A stretch of 64,000 bases of DNA from Hypanus sabinus (lineage: Eukaryota), in contig NC_082707.1 of NCBI RefSeq assembly GCF_030144855.1, positions 13,330,001 to 13,394,000 on the forward strand, given 5' to 3'. The notes beneath the pieces were generated by a model, which saw nothing but the letters and a program-made list of their open reading frames with translations, did not search any database and was not told the origin of the DNA. The position numbers and the translations under genes are program-made. Below, piece by piece: positions 1 through 12,893 of the stretch. The first letter of the stretch is position 1. The number at the start of each line of letters is the position of its first letter.

Positions 1-334
1 GGACTTCCTACTCAAAGTCCATCCTTCCAGTTTTCCTGGCAATCCATTGGTGAGGGAGTTCTGGGAAACCACGTTCAGGTGTACTCTAAGTTCAGAAAAC
101 GAGACAAACATAGTAGGTTCACCTGGCCGGCTCCCGCAGTGCAGTGGAAATGAGAGCTTGCATCAAATCAGCAACACATACACTGATTTGACCATGTTCG
201 GGAGCTCTTACATTGTATACAAAGCGGTCTACGCTTTTGCTCATGCGCTTCACGATATGTTTTCATGTGAAAAAGGCAAAGGACCATTCGTGAACAACAC
301 ATGTGCACTTCTTTCAACTTTTCAACCATGGCAG
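1..334 (+). CDS. V2R gene A exon 3 (3' part, Venus flytrap domain)
   Basis: Frame from position 2: [25 protein letters not shown]...[13 protein letters not shown]...PWQ, then donor GTAGGG at 335. Confidence 0.92.
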
Positions 335-569
335 GTAGGGTGCTGATTCAGTTTCACTGCGTCTGTTGTAAGATATCTTTCAATGTTGCTGATGCAGTTT
401 GGACATTCAGACCAGTGTTACATTTATACAGGTAAATGTTAGGGGACCGACCAGCGTTGTGGAACAGAAAGAGACCTTCCAGTGGAAATGATAAGTTTTA
501 TTATGGTGGCCGGGGAATTGTACTGTGTGGTGTGGGGCCGTTTAATACTCTAGCCTTCATTAATTGGAA

Positions 570-1010
570 ATTGTGTTTAAGAGTAGAGATACTATTTTGT
601 CTCATGAGGCCGCATTCGGGGTATTCTTGCAAGCTTCGGTCAGCCTGTTAAAAGCAGACTGTAAATCTGGAGTGGCTAGATAACAGTATGAACAGTATGG
701 ATATGGTGAAATGATTTCGTCCTTTCTCAAGGGTTCAGGAGTCCAGTACCAGAGGGCAACGATACAAGGTAAAAGAGGTGAAATGCAAAGAGACTTTAGA
801 GACCGCCGCTCTGCACAGAGGGTAGTTAATACCTGGAATGAGTTGCTTAATGTGGTGGCCCAGTCGAGCATCATTGGAGATTTAAGAGGCATTTGGATAG
901 GTACACGAATGAGGTGTCCTGGAGGCATACAGGGCGACCACAGGAATCTGCAACGAGCAGAGTAGATCTCTGGTTAACATGTACCTAATGAGCCGAAACA
1001 GTGGTGCGTT
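570..1010 (+). mobile_element. Decayed CR1-type LINE 3' fragment in intron 3 of gene A
   Basis: QRVVNTWNEL motif (CR1 ORF2 C-terminus) followed by CR1-like 3' UTR. Confidence 0.6.
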
Positions 1011-1164
1011 ACTCCATCACTTTAAATATTAACACAGCTGTCATTTCACGACTGAGTTATGTTATTTCTTCAAATGAAAAACTTTATTTCTGTGCAAGAT
1101 ACGAGGCAATTTGTTCGATTCAGTATGTAAAAACTTACATAAATATATTCCGCTTTATTTTCAG

Positions 1165-1392
1165 CTCCTCCATTACCTGTCGTCAATTTTCTTCACAACA
1201 AAAGTCGGGGAGAAGGTGTATTTTGACGAAAAAGGCAATCCAACAGCCTTGTATGATTTTGTAAACTGGCAAATGAATGCGAAGGGTAGCATTAAATTTC
1301 GAAGAATTGGATATTACAATGGATCAGCGCCTTCCGGTAAAAAACTTGTACTGAACCCAGATCACATTTTCTGGAGTGGTGGTAAACGTGAG
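1165..1392 (+). CDS. V2R gene A exon 4
   Basis: tttcag|CTCCTCCATTAC (LLHYL...FDEKGNP...YDFVNWQ...GGKRE)|gtaggg; 228 nt, as in paralogs. Confidence 0.93.
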
Positions 1393-2689
1393 GTAGGGTT
1401 GCCAATGGAAAGTGGGCAACATTGTTTAATCATAATTATCCTCTTTAAAGTTGTAAGAAATTGTAACTAATGCTGCAAGCAAAAATTTTAATAAAGGATA
1501 TTAGGGATTCAGGGACACTTTGTTAAGTGCCTGGGAGACGATTTCAACCCAGTTAGTCATTTTCTATCGTGTCAGATGATGATAGGTAACTTGTGCATAA
1601 GAGTTTTTTAAGTGGATAATCGTTTGAACTGGGGCAGTATTGATCTATCGATCTCAAACTTTGGAGTCCAGTGATACGAACACGCGTTATTACAAGGGTT
1701 TTCCCTCGTGGCAGTGGATGATAATGACATCTGTATGTTGTCATGCATGCCCTTCGCTCTCCATGGAGCGTTGAGGTACCGCAATCTTAGCCGTTGGATC
1801 TCACTGTAGATCTTATTCTCCCAGCCCGGACGCTGGCTACCCTCACGTGGTTTAGCCCACCTGTCGAAGTGGTGTACGTGGGTATGAAAGCTACCTCATG
1901 GAAAATTGTTAGTTACTTTGAGCCTCAGGTGAGAGCTGAGTGTTCGACGGTGACTAAAGGTGAGGGACCCGTCCCGGAATGTACACAATAGGCCCTGTTA
2001 ACAAAAGTTCTACTGCTGCCTGGATACATGGATATAACACAAAAACACAGTTACCATATAGATTATGTGAGTTATTATCAGAGATTACCTTCAGTGCTAG
2101 TGGAACCATAATGGAATTACCTGAAGTTGATGACATTTTAAAGCACATGTAAGCTACATAAGAAGCTTGCAGGAAATACTAACTCGTTTTACAGACGGAA
2201 TTTAAAAATGGAAAAGAAAAGCAGTGCTGCCATGGGATCAGTGAATCGTTAATCACAGGGAAATAGTGAGACCGCTAGGAGGGAGAAATTAGACACAGCG
2301 GCAATGGCATGCAAACTGTTGTTCATCAACTGTCCATACCTGGTTCCTCTCGGTCGCTTTATACTCAATACATTGCTATTTGACAACGTTCAACGTTCCA
2401 CTAAGAACAAAAATGCAGCTGTATTAATAAAAATGTTTTCAGAAAAAATAGGAGACGTTGGAAAGTTTCCAGGGAGTTTACAAGTGATGAAGAAAATGGA
2501 AGGAAAGTTGCAGCAACATGTCACCCAATAGAATTAGCTTCCTTGCACAGACGTTAGAATAAAAACAGCAACATCATCACCGCACCAAGCAGTCAACACA
2601 CTATGGAAGTTTATCATTAATCACCGAGGAGATTTAACCTGCTCGAGGCCATGCAAACCTTAACAGTAGGAAAATTACATTTCTTACAT

Positions 2690-3250
2690 TTAGAACATAG
2701 AACGTGCAGCATCAGAGGAACAAACGACGTTGTTCCGATTTCCTAACGTCCTCTAATATCAATCTGTCTCTTCCCTCGTGCATAGCCCAAAAAATCTCCA
2801 TTTTTCTTTTATCAATGTGACCATCTAAGAGCCATTTGTTTGCCTCTAATGTATCGGCCTCTGCCCACTCTTCCGGCAGTGTTTTCCAGGAACTGACCAT
2901 TCTCCATGCATTAAAGATACCTCTGATATCTCACCTAGAGTTTCCTCCACTCGGCCTAACAGTGTGCTCTAGGATTAGTCTTTGCTACGCTGAAATTTGG
3001 CGCTGGCCGTACATTCCATTCAGTATATGCCCCATCATGTGCTCCAAAGAGAGAAGACGTCTCTTGTTGAACATGTCCTCACATGACATGTGACAGTTTG
3101 TGACACGATATTTAGACAGTATCCTGATAACTCTCTTTTGGACCTTTTCTAAAGCATCCATATATTTCCTATGATGAGAAGGTCGGAACTAAACTAAACA
3201 CAATATTCCATGTATGATACATCAAAACCTTTAAGGAACTGCAACAATAA
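2690..3250 (-). mobile_element. Decayed CR1-type LINE 3' fragment in intron 4 of gene A
   Basis: MVSSWKTLPEE...LLDGHID resembles CR1 ORF2 end; agaacatagaac tail. Confidence 0.55.
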
Positions 3251-3637
3251 CTCGGGAGCAAAAATAACAACAACAAAGTCAAGAAAAACGAAGCTTCTGT
3301 GAGTCTGGTTGTCTCCTCAAATTTCGGCACATTTTATTTAGTATATTCGTAAGTGCCCAAGAACGTGATGTTGCATTTAAGTATTACATTGTAGCCAAGC
3401 TTGTCGCAGACAGAATATTCGAATAAGCGAAAAGATGAGTGGGAATTATTTTGTTAAAGTGCCGTCGTAATTATTCTGGAACGAAAACGTAAAAACGCTC
3501 AAGGAGAACTAGATAACGTGTCAAATAACTTGTTTTTGTTAACGCAATTGGTTGCAGAATAGTTCCACACAGCTGGACGTATATCGACGCCTAAGTTATA
3601 CAAACAATAAAATATTGCCTGTGTTTCATTCTTTAAG

Positions 3638-3761
3638 ATTCCCCGGGCAGTCTGTTCTGAGAAATGTCCTCCTGGAACAAGAAAAACAGCCAGGCAAGGG
3701 CAACCAATTTGCTGTTTTGATTGCACGTCTTGTCCGGATGGAGAAATTAGTAACATTTCAG
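3638..3761 (+). CDS. V2R gene A exon 5 (cysteine-rich domain)
   Basis: ttaag|ATTCCCCGG ([16 protein letters not shown]...[16 protein letters not shown])|gtgaat; 124 nt. Confidence 0.93.
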
Positions 3762-3851
3762 GTGAATGGAACTGCATGTTTAGGTTCTGACAATTTTCCG
3801 CAAGGATTTCCAAAGTGTCATCGTTACCAATGATTTGATTATTTTTCGCAG

Positions 3852-4753
3852 CCTCCACAGACTGCATCAAGTGTCCTCCACTGTCCTGGTCCAACAAACA
3901 GAAAGATAAATGCATCCCGAAGAAAACTGAGTATCTGGCTTTTACCGATGTCCTGGGCATGGTGCTGATGATTACCGCTCTAGTTGGAGTGTGCATGTCT
4001 GCACTCGTAGCAGTTCTCTTCTTTAAACATCGAGAAACACCTTTGGTTAAAGCTAACAATTCCGAGCTAAGCTTCCTCCTTTTATTTGCGTTAAGCTGCT
4101 GTTTCTTGTGCTCGATCTCATTCATCGGCGAACCATCAGAATGGTCTTGCATGTTACGCCACACAGCATTCGGTGTTTCATTTCTCCTGTGTATCTCCTG
4201 TGTTCTGGTCAAAACGATCCTGGTGCTGTCGGCATTTAAGGCAACTCATCCCAGCAGTAACAGGATGAAATGGTTTCGTCAAAGACAGCAGAGGGTAAGT
4301 GTCTTCCTCTTGGCATCCGGGCAGGGACTTATATGTGCAGTTTGGTTGCTTATTGGGCCACCTTTCCCTGTGATCAACACCAAATATTACCGCGAGACGA
4401 TTATTTTAGAATGAGATACAGGATCGTCTGTAGGTTTCTACTTGGCGTCGAGTTATATCGGCGTGTTATCGTGCATTTGTTTTGTCCTGGCCTTTCTCGC
4501 ACGGAACCTGCCGGATAACTTTAATGAGGCAAAATGTATAACGTTCAGCATGCTCATCTTTTGTGCGGTTTGGCTCACTTTTATTCCGGCCTCTGTGAGT
4601 TCTCCTGGGAAATACACAGTGGCGGTTGAAGTGTTTGCCATTCTGGCGTCTACTTTTGGTTTGCTGCTTTGCATTTTTGCACCGAAGTGTTTTATTATCC
4701 TCGTAACTCCGGAGAGAAACACAAAGAAGCACATCATGGGTAAAGTGGGATGA
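3852..4753 (+). pseudogene. V2R gene A exon 6 (7TM) with premature stop at 4412-4414
   Basis: cgcag|CCTCCACAGAC; ORFs 3959-4414 and 4442-4753 are in the same frame, separated only by one TGA. Confidence 0.9.
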
Positions 4754-4945
4754 AATGATGCTTTAACAGATGAGGATCAATATATCTTCACGCGTAAAAT
4801 CGCATGTTTATTTTTCCAGGAGCAGACCTAGAACATCAAAAAGCCAGTCACTTGTCAGACTGAATTAAATGGTTTAATATGAGTTCATCATCTTGTACTG
4901 GAAACATTGATTTTATTTCCGGGAGTTAGTCAACTGTATGTAATC

Positions 4946-4951
4946 AATAAA
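4946..4951 (+). promoter_or_regulatory. Putative polyadenylation signal of gene A
   Basis: AATAAA in the context GAGTTAGT...TAATCAATAAACG, also found downstream of gene C. Confidence 0.6.
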
Positions 4952-5029
4952 CGATTTTTATGCTAATGTTTTGATTTGTGCATTTATGCATTTGACGCCG
5001 GTATAGATACTAACATCAATTTCTCAAAA

Positions 5030-6480
5030 TTGACTGTAACTGATCCTGGTTCACTTGGATTTTTAAACTTTTGAAACTTCTCCTGTCAGCCAGGGTTCCC
5101 CTCCTCTCTTTAAACATCTTCATCTTTTTAATGCATTTATCTGAGCCTACCCAACAGCTCCCAGAAACTTCAGCCATTACCAATTCTGCCGCCATCCCAG
5201 ACAGGATCTCTTCCTATTAACGTTGGCCTGCTCCTCTCTTATGCTTCTGCAATTCCGTTTAAGGGACTGCAAGATTTATGCATCTGACATTGTCCTCTCC
5301 GGCTCACTTTTAGGGTGTACTCTATCATATAATGATCGCTCCCTCTTAATGGTTCCTTCACTAATTCCCCTTATCAAATCTTGTTCATTAACCATCACCC
5401 AATCAAGAAATGCAAGTTTTTTCGTGGGTTCAAACAAACGTTGTTCTAAAAATCCATTTCATAGGCATTCTACAAATTCCCTTTCTTGGGATCCAGCACC
5501 AACCTGCTTTTGCAAAACAACCTGCATATTGAAATCCCAATGACTGAAATTGCCCTTTTCAGAAGCCTTTTCTCGTTTTCTGTCCCTGTAATTTCTAAAC
5601 CACATCCTGGCAACCGTTCGTAAGTCTGTACATAGCCCCTAACATGGTGGCTTTACCCTCTGCAGTGTCTTAACTCCATCCACACGGGCTCTACATCATC
5701 CAGCCCCATGTAGTCATGTCATCATGTCATCTCTTTCTAAATATTTAATTTCTGTATTTTCTGGGGGGGGGGCGGGGGGAAAGAGTGTTTCCCAGCAGAG
5801 CGGCCGACCTGACCTTCCTTTCAATACAATGAGTGCCTACTGATGTTAAGCTCAGAACTATGATTACTTTTCAGCCATGATTCATTGATTACATAACGTC
5901 ATATCCCCCAATCTCTAAATACCTTCCAAACCAGCTACATGATTCTATATTCTACGAGCAATCTCACTACACACTGCATCTACTCTAATCCAAGCTGCTC
6001 CATCCTGGATCCTATTTTTCCAGTTCTAACGCCCTCTGAGAAATCAGTGTAAACGCTCCCCAGCAGTTCCATCAAAATTGCCCGCAAGGATATCGATCGC
6101 CCTTACGTTCAAGGGTAACATAGGAACTTCACTGGAAGAGATCCCAATAATCTAGAATTCTGAAACCTATTCCTGTGCATCATTTCCTTGGAGACATACA
6201 TTCATTTGCCAAATCGTCCAACTCTTCCCTCCATTGTCCCGTGGTACAGATGGCAATTCGGATTTTAGTACCCTAAAAGTCCTGCTTTTCAGATTTCTGG
6301 CTAACCCACTCTATTGTCCAGTCCGGACTTCCTCCCTTTTCGTACCTATGGCGTTGATAACAACATGCCTGATAACTTCTGGCAGTTTACCCTGCTCCTT
6401 TAGAATGATGTGCACCCGAAATGTGACAACCCAGGCACTGGCACCACGGAGGTAAAATACCATTCTGTTGTCTCGAGGTA
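5030..6480 (-). mobile_element. Decayed CR1-type LINE (ORF1 esterase / endonuclease remnants)
   Basis: Similar to the better-preserved copies at 17-19.6 kb and 24.5-26.3 kb. Confidence 0.55.
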
Positions 6481-7589
6481 CGTCTCCTTACAGGTAGGTA
6501 CAAAACAAACACCCAATAGAACACATTATAGAAGAAGACCATCTAACACCCATGTGCAAAAAATAAAAAAGTGAGCACAAAACATTCAGAACTAAACGTC
6601 ACCGAAGTGAGAACATGGCCACGAAGCCAGTCATCACAGCAGCCGATCTAAGAGCCTATTAGTTGCAGACTACAGACTCAGTTCAGCGCAAAGACGAGAA
6701 ATCTTCGCCGAGCAGCGAGCTGATGCACGACCGTCCTTTGTCTCCGGCTCTGAAATTCCTACGTCTTCAATCTGGCTCTAAATTTGCCAAACATCGGGTC
6801 ATTCCCGGACCCGGGTTCTGCCGGGGTTACGTTGTCGTGCCCATACCCCCGACGGGTAGATCTGGCCCACACCGACTTTCCCAATCTGTCACGAGGCTTA
6901 AGTCGGTCAAACATCGACACGGTCCTCGCCGATTCAATTCAGCCACACCTCCGATCTGTCGTTTCTAAGGGGCTCCAAGTCCGCTCCAGCAACGGCGGTC
7001 CTTCATTAATCGTTACTTGCCCACAGGTCCTGGCCCCGCTGCCTCGCTTCGGCCCGTGGCGCCACGTTACAACCACCATTACTTTGTGGGCATCACTGAG
7101 TCCTAGGTGAAAGATAATTACTGCTGGGAACTCAGAAATCAAACATGCTCATCGAATCGGGAGGACAGGCAGGCATGTAGAGCGCGTGGGATGGTGTCGC
7201 TGGTGAGATCTGGAAACATATTCTTTTATAGAAGTGCCATAAATGCAGAATAGGTAGAGTACTTCTATATAGGGTTAAGAAACTGCATTGCCCAAAAAGA
7301 CCCTGATGAGAGTTATATATAAGCTTCCAAACGGTAGCCAAAGTTTCGTATAAAAATTTCAACAAGAGAAAAATTATGTAATTAGGGCAATGTTGCGATA
7401 GTCATGGGGAAATCTTGATTTGCAGATAAATTAGGAAAATTAGGTTGATGTTTGATCTCAAGTGACGAAATTTGTACAATTCCTACGAGATAGCTTTTCA
7501 GAGCAGCTTGCACATGAACCAATTATGGATAAGTCAATTCTGTATTGGGTGATTGGAGCGAATCAGATTTGATTAAGGAACAAGTGAAA

Positions 7590-10500
7590 ACATCATTAAT
7601 AGGGAGTGTCCTAAATATGAAAGGATAACGTTTCATTCACGGGATCGTTTCGGTAAACCTCCAGCAAAACGTCTCCAATGCCATAAACTCTTTCAAACCT
7701 GCTCACAATATTCAAATGCGGTCTTAACATTGCGTTATGAAGGCTTATTGTTATATCGTTTCTATTTTCTTCCCTTTTCGAGATGAATACCAGCAATTCA
7801 CTGATCTTTCTCGGTACCAACCCTACAAGTCAAACTTCAGAGAATGTTGCAGCAGGACGCAGAATTCCACATGCACATCAGATTTCTGAATTCGCATCCC
7901 TCCCCCCAACCCCATGTTTTGAAAATAGTCTATAGCGTATACTCTGTGTTCTTTCTGCCATTTCTCCATCAATTCGCCATACCTGCCCAAGTCGTTTTAC
8001 GGACTTTGCTTCTTCAACACCACCTACCCCTCCGTACGTCTAACTTTGAATTGTTTGAAAATGTTATTACAAAAGTATCAATTCGGTCATGCAGATCATT
8101 TACAAAGAAAGCGAAAACAGTAAATCCAGCACCTACACCTCCGCAATGTCACTAATAACCGTCAGTCAACCAGAAATGATTTATTCCCAATATATGACCC
8201 TGCTGCTTTGCTGCGCTTAGAACCATAGAGTCATAAAATGCTATAGCAAAGAAACAGCCCCTTTGGGCCATCTAATCTTGTGCGAACTATCGTTCGACCT
8301 AATCAGATCGCACTACATACACCTTCCATCAGTGTATCTATTATAATTTCTAATAAATGTTGAAATGAATTCCACATCTACCACTTCGGCAGGCAGTCAT
8401 TCCCAGTCTCTCACCACACCATGAGTGAAGATGATTTCCCACATGTTCCCTTTAAACAGTTCAGCTGTCACCCTTAACGATGACCTATTCTCATCCAACC
8501 TCAGTTGGAAAAAAACCTGCTTGAATTTAGCCCATCGCTGCTCCTTAAATTCTGTATACCACTATCAATCTTATAACTCGGGTCCTCAAGATCTGGCTAC
8601 CTATTTTTGGATTTATCTACACCATTCGGAAGGTATTTATAAACTTCCCATAGGTAGAAGACCAGAACTTCACAAGGTACTCCAAATTAGGCTGTACCGA
8701 CGTTTTGCACAACTTCGACATAACATCCCAACTCCTGCACCCAGTCCTATGAATTAGGAAGGCCAATGAGTCAAACACACTCTTTACGACCCCGTCTATC
8801 TGTGATGCCGCTTTTAAGGCACCTTAAATCTGCATCACCAGTTCCTTCTGCTCTACTGTACTCCTCAGTGTCCTGCCCCCACCCCCAACATATAGATCCC
8901 GATGTACAAGACCTCAAACTTCTCTCATTTGCCGCATTCCAACTCATTCTTCTAGATGCTGCCGATGCTGTAGCAAACTTTGATAGCTTTCTTCACTCTC
9001 CGTTATGTTCCTAAACGATGTCGTCCCCAAATTGGAAGATCCAATTTACTACAGTAGATAACAAACAACAGGGAACCAAGCACCAAACCCTGCGGTACGC
9101 CATTAGCCCGAGGACTCAAATCAGAGAGGCAACCATCCAATTCGACCATCTGGTTCTACCCCTAACGCAATTTATCACTGTGCCCTGAATGCCTAACTAC
9201 TGAACTTTCTTGACCAATCTCAACTGCAAGACATTGAGAAAGCCTTGCTAAAATTAATGTAGATAACATTCAAGGTCTGGCCTTCATCAACTTTCCAGGT
9301 AACATCCTCGAAAAACTCAAAGAAAAATTGGTTAGACACGACCTACCGCGCAGTGTTGACTATCCCGAATCCATCCCTGTTCATCCAAATAAGATCCGCT
9401 GGAATATTCTCCAATAGCTTAGGCATTACTGATGTCAAGCTCACTGGCCTAGAAATTGTATAACCTTTCTTAAACAATAGAACAACATTTGCGATCCTCG
9501 AAATCTCCAAAATGTCACCCATTGCTAAAGACGTTTTAAATATCTCTGCTTGGTCCCCTGCATTTTCTGCATTTGCCTCCACATACTCCAATAGAAGAGA
9601 TCAGAACAAAATACCATAAGGTATAGGAGCAGAAGTAAGCTACTGGACTCATGGAATCTGCTCTGTTATTCCATTATGCCTAATTTAGTGTTCCTCTCAG
9701 TCATACTCCCCTGCCTTGACCGCGTTGTATTGGCACCCATTTTACTTGGAAACCTGTTAAACTCTTTTTTAAATATATTCAATTATTTGACCTACATAGT
9801 CGTCTGTTCCAATGATTTTCAAAGATACTGTCTTGTCCGGCTGAAGAAATTCCTCTTCATGTCTATTCTAAATGGACATCCCTGTCTGAGACTGTGCCTG
9901 ACATTGTTAGACCTAGAGAATTTATCCACCTTAATTTGCCGCAAGGGAGCTAATACTGCATCTTCACTAACCTGTCTACGGTGCATGACCTCACTACTAT
10001 AACGGACTTTATTTAGATTGTGCGACCGTCTCCCTACAAATACCGCTAAAAATAAAACAGAAAACCATTTGGAACCTCTCCAGTCTCTACAACTGCATCC
10101 ATAGATAAGGATTCTCATCTTCAAGCCGACCAATGTGGTAATTTTGTTCTTACTCAATCTGTCGAAGCCCATTGGTGGATCCTTCACCTCGTCTGCTCCA
10201 GCAACCTCAAGCCTTCCTTTAGCCTTCACGACTTCCATCTTAAATATTCTCTCCATTTCTTATTCCAAACGCTACTCATTCGTTCCTACCTGCCTATATC
10301 TACAATGCATGCCATTCTTCTTCTTAACCAAAGCCTCAGCTTCTCTCGAAAACCAGGGCTACCGCGTTATCCTTGCCTTTGATAGGAAAATACGACATGG
10401 ATTGTATACTATTAAAATTTAAATGTTTAAGTCCTCCCCGTTACCAAGCATGCCTTTGACAGAAGACTAACCTACGCTTGTCATATCCTTTCTGATATCA

Positions 10501-12480
10501 TCAAGATTGTCTTTTCTCTAATTTATAAACACAAACCGAGGCCTAGTCCTATCCTTCTCCACAATTCTCTTGAAACGAATGGAATTATTATGACCAGATT
10601 AAAAAGGTACCCCTACCAACCTCTGGCACCTGTCCTGTGACATTCCCTAAAAGAAGACATAGTAGCGCATACTCTCTAGTTTGTGCCTATATGTATTGAT
10701 TAAGAAAACATGCTTATCTACATTTGAGAAACTATTTTACATCCAGTTTTTTACAGTATGGGACCCACTATCAATATATGGAGAGTTACCACACCCTTAT
10801 GCTTCATGCAAAAGTATACGAACTTTCTCCGATTATTTTTTTTTCCTTTTAAGACCCCCCGAATATTGGATATTCACTTTCATATTCTTCATTTCCACAC
10901 ATATGGCCTCAGTAGCGGAGCACTCCAGTCTACGCTATCCGAGCACTGCAGTGACATGCTCCCAGAGTAGGAATGCTAAACTTTCTTTAATCTCTCCCGC
11001 TCTTTCCATTCCTGACTTACCATGTGGGTTTAATATGCTCCTTTCCCATGTACCTGTTCCAGTCTTTGGTTCCTATCCCCGCTTTCTACTGTAAACGCCC
11101 CTGTGAAGGATTAGAAATTCTTTTCTGGACAATATTAGTTCCTCTTTAGTTCAAGTAAAACGGCTCCCACTTTACAGGACGCACCTTCCCTGGAAGAGTC
11201 CAATCTCCAGAAATCTGATGCCATCCCTCCTGCACCACTTACTTATCCAAGTGTTACACTGTATTATCTGAACTCTCTTTGCGGGGCCTTGTTACCTTTC
11301 CTACCTATGTCATTGGTACTGACGTGGAAAAAGATATCTGTCTGTTTACGCTCCCACTTAAGAATAAAAGTGGATCCGACCCGAGCTGCCCTTATCCTGG
11401 CACACAGAGGGCCAGATACCATCTGGGAATCTCGTTTCAGTCCATAGCACTTCCTCTTAGCTTTACTAACCATTGAATCCCATATTACTGGAACTTGATT
11501 CTTCTCCACCTTCCGAGGCAGAGAGAGAGATTCCATACCAAAGACTCGACCTCTGTCATCCACACGTATTCAAAGTGGTTTACCGAAGGACCTGTTTCTG
11601 TGCCGTGTTATACAGAGGGACGGCTATAGGTTACTCGTCAGTGAATGCAGATCCCTTCTCTCCTTCTTAACGGTCAGCCACTTTCCTGTGACCATTCTCG
11701 GTGTCAACACCTCGCGGTATCCATGGTTGACGAATCCTTCATTTTCCCGAATGAAACTGCAAGTCGATGCACCTTTTGCTGATGCAGTCGTCTGGAACAC
11801 CGGAGCTCCCATGGTTTCCTATATCGCACCAAATAGCATTGCACTCTCCTACCTAGCCTTCACATTTTTCCAACTGAGGATGAGTTGAAAAGAAAGACCA
11901 GAAAAAAGACAGACAGAGATAAATGAAGGAATAAATAGATGATAGATAGATAGTCAAATTGATAGCCATTGAGAGAGGATGAATGAAACAAAGAAAAGAA
12001 TGGATGAGAGAAATCTAAGAGAGATTACCTAATTATGCACAAATGCCCCGACTGCCTCGCAATTCTTTTCATATCTTTATAACATTAGGCACAACCCAAC
12101 GACTCTCAGTGTTCTTGGCGTGTTGAAGACCCAGCCTGCTACCAACCATTCTTTTAAAATCTCTCTTCCACTCAGGACAACCTTGACAAATGTCTTCTGA
12201 AAATCCATGTACACGATATCCAGTGATTATCCTTGGTATATCCTGACTGGTATTTTCTCAGAGAAATCGGATTAATTTCTCAGACGTGATTTGCCTTTAA
12301 GAGATCCATACGGACTTCGGCCTGTTTTATCATGGGTTTCCAGATATGCCGAGTTTCATCCTTCATAATAGGCACTAAAACCTTGTCAAACGCTGTAGTC
12401 ATGCTAAGTTGCTTTAACTCTCCTGCTGATGTGTTGACCACCCTTCAAGAAAGGATAAATCACGTTTGTAATGTTCCAGT
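7590..12480 (-). mobile_element. Mosaic of decayed CR1-type LINE fragments (RT, endonuclease, ORF1 esterase)
   Basis: ANVVLLFKKG...RPVSLTSV..KLLE (9343-9591); DMKRNFFS; esterase HVSTNDIGRK (11264-11563); DIVYMDFQK at about 12200. Confidence 0.7.
11925..11955 (+). repeat. (GATA)n-type microsatellite
   Basis: aatagatgatagatagatag. Confidence 0.6.
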
Positions 12481-12490
12481 CACCGGGTTT

Positions 12491-12893
12491 TGATATTGCC
12501 CAATAGCGGAGCGAGAGACATTGAAACGGGTCGACAGTTCACGGAATTGATGAGAACAGAGTTAAAGGCAAAAGAAAACAATAAACCTCGGGCAAACAGG
12601 ACCGTTAGCTTAAACTCTTAAAGGAAAAATTAAACGAGTACTGCGGCGGAGAGGAAAAGCTAAATATCAAAAAAAACTCTAGTTTTTGGATTCAGTTGAA
12701 TCGACAGTCCCATTTCTCAGGCAAGGCCGAATGCAAGTAGGCAGCGGTTGCTGTGCTGGGCTGAAGCCTTGACAATCAATACGACGGAAAGAATAGAGTT
12801 AAATACCATTACAATGAAATAATAATGAGCCGGCATGTTCTTATTCACGACGGCAATTGTATCTGCTGCGCTATCAAATCCGTGGCTATGACA
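12491..12893 (-). repeat. 3' LTR of the Gypsy element
   Basis: Begins TGTCA just after the purine tract GGAGATGGGA; ends TATCA. Confidence 0.65.

Larger units (their letters stand above)
1..4753 (+). pseudogene. V2R/OlfC class C GPCR gene A (5' part outside window; exons 3-6), disrupted by in-frame TGA at 4412-4414
   Basis: Exons 1-334, 1165-1392, 3638-3761, 3852-4753 have GT-AG boundaries; exons 4 and 5 match genes B/C in size (228, 124 nt). VFT, Cys-rich and 7TM motifs present ([20 protein letters not shown]). ILE-TGA-DTG where paralogs have ILE-TGT(C)-DTG. Confidence 0.88.

Noticed and set aside
3499-4737. Antisense ORFs over the 7TM exons (also 34418-35291 and 50080-50847)
   Set aside because: Shadow frames of the V2R coding sequence; they recur only because the sense genes are paralogous
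4412-4960. Selenocysteine recoding of the TGA that replaces Cys in gene A
   Set aside because: No SECIS-like ATGA-N11/12-AA...GA arrangement found by eye in the short 3' UTR; TGT>TGA is a simple point mutation. A SECISearch run would settle it.
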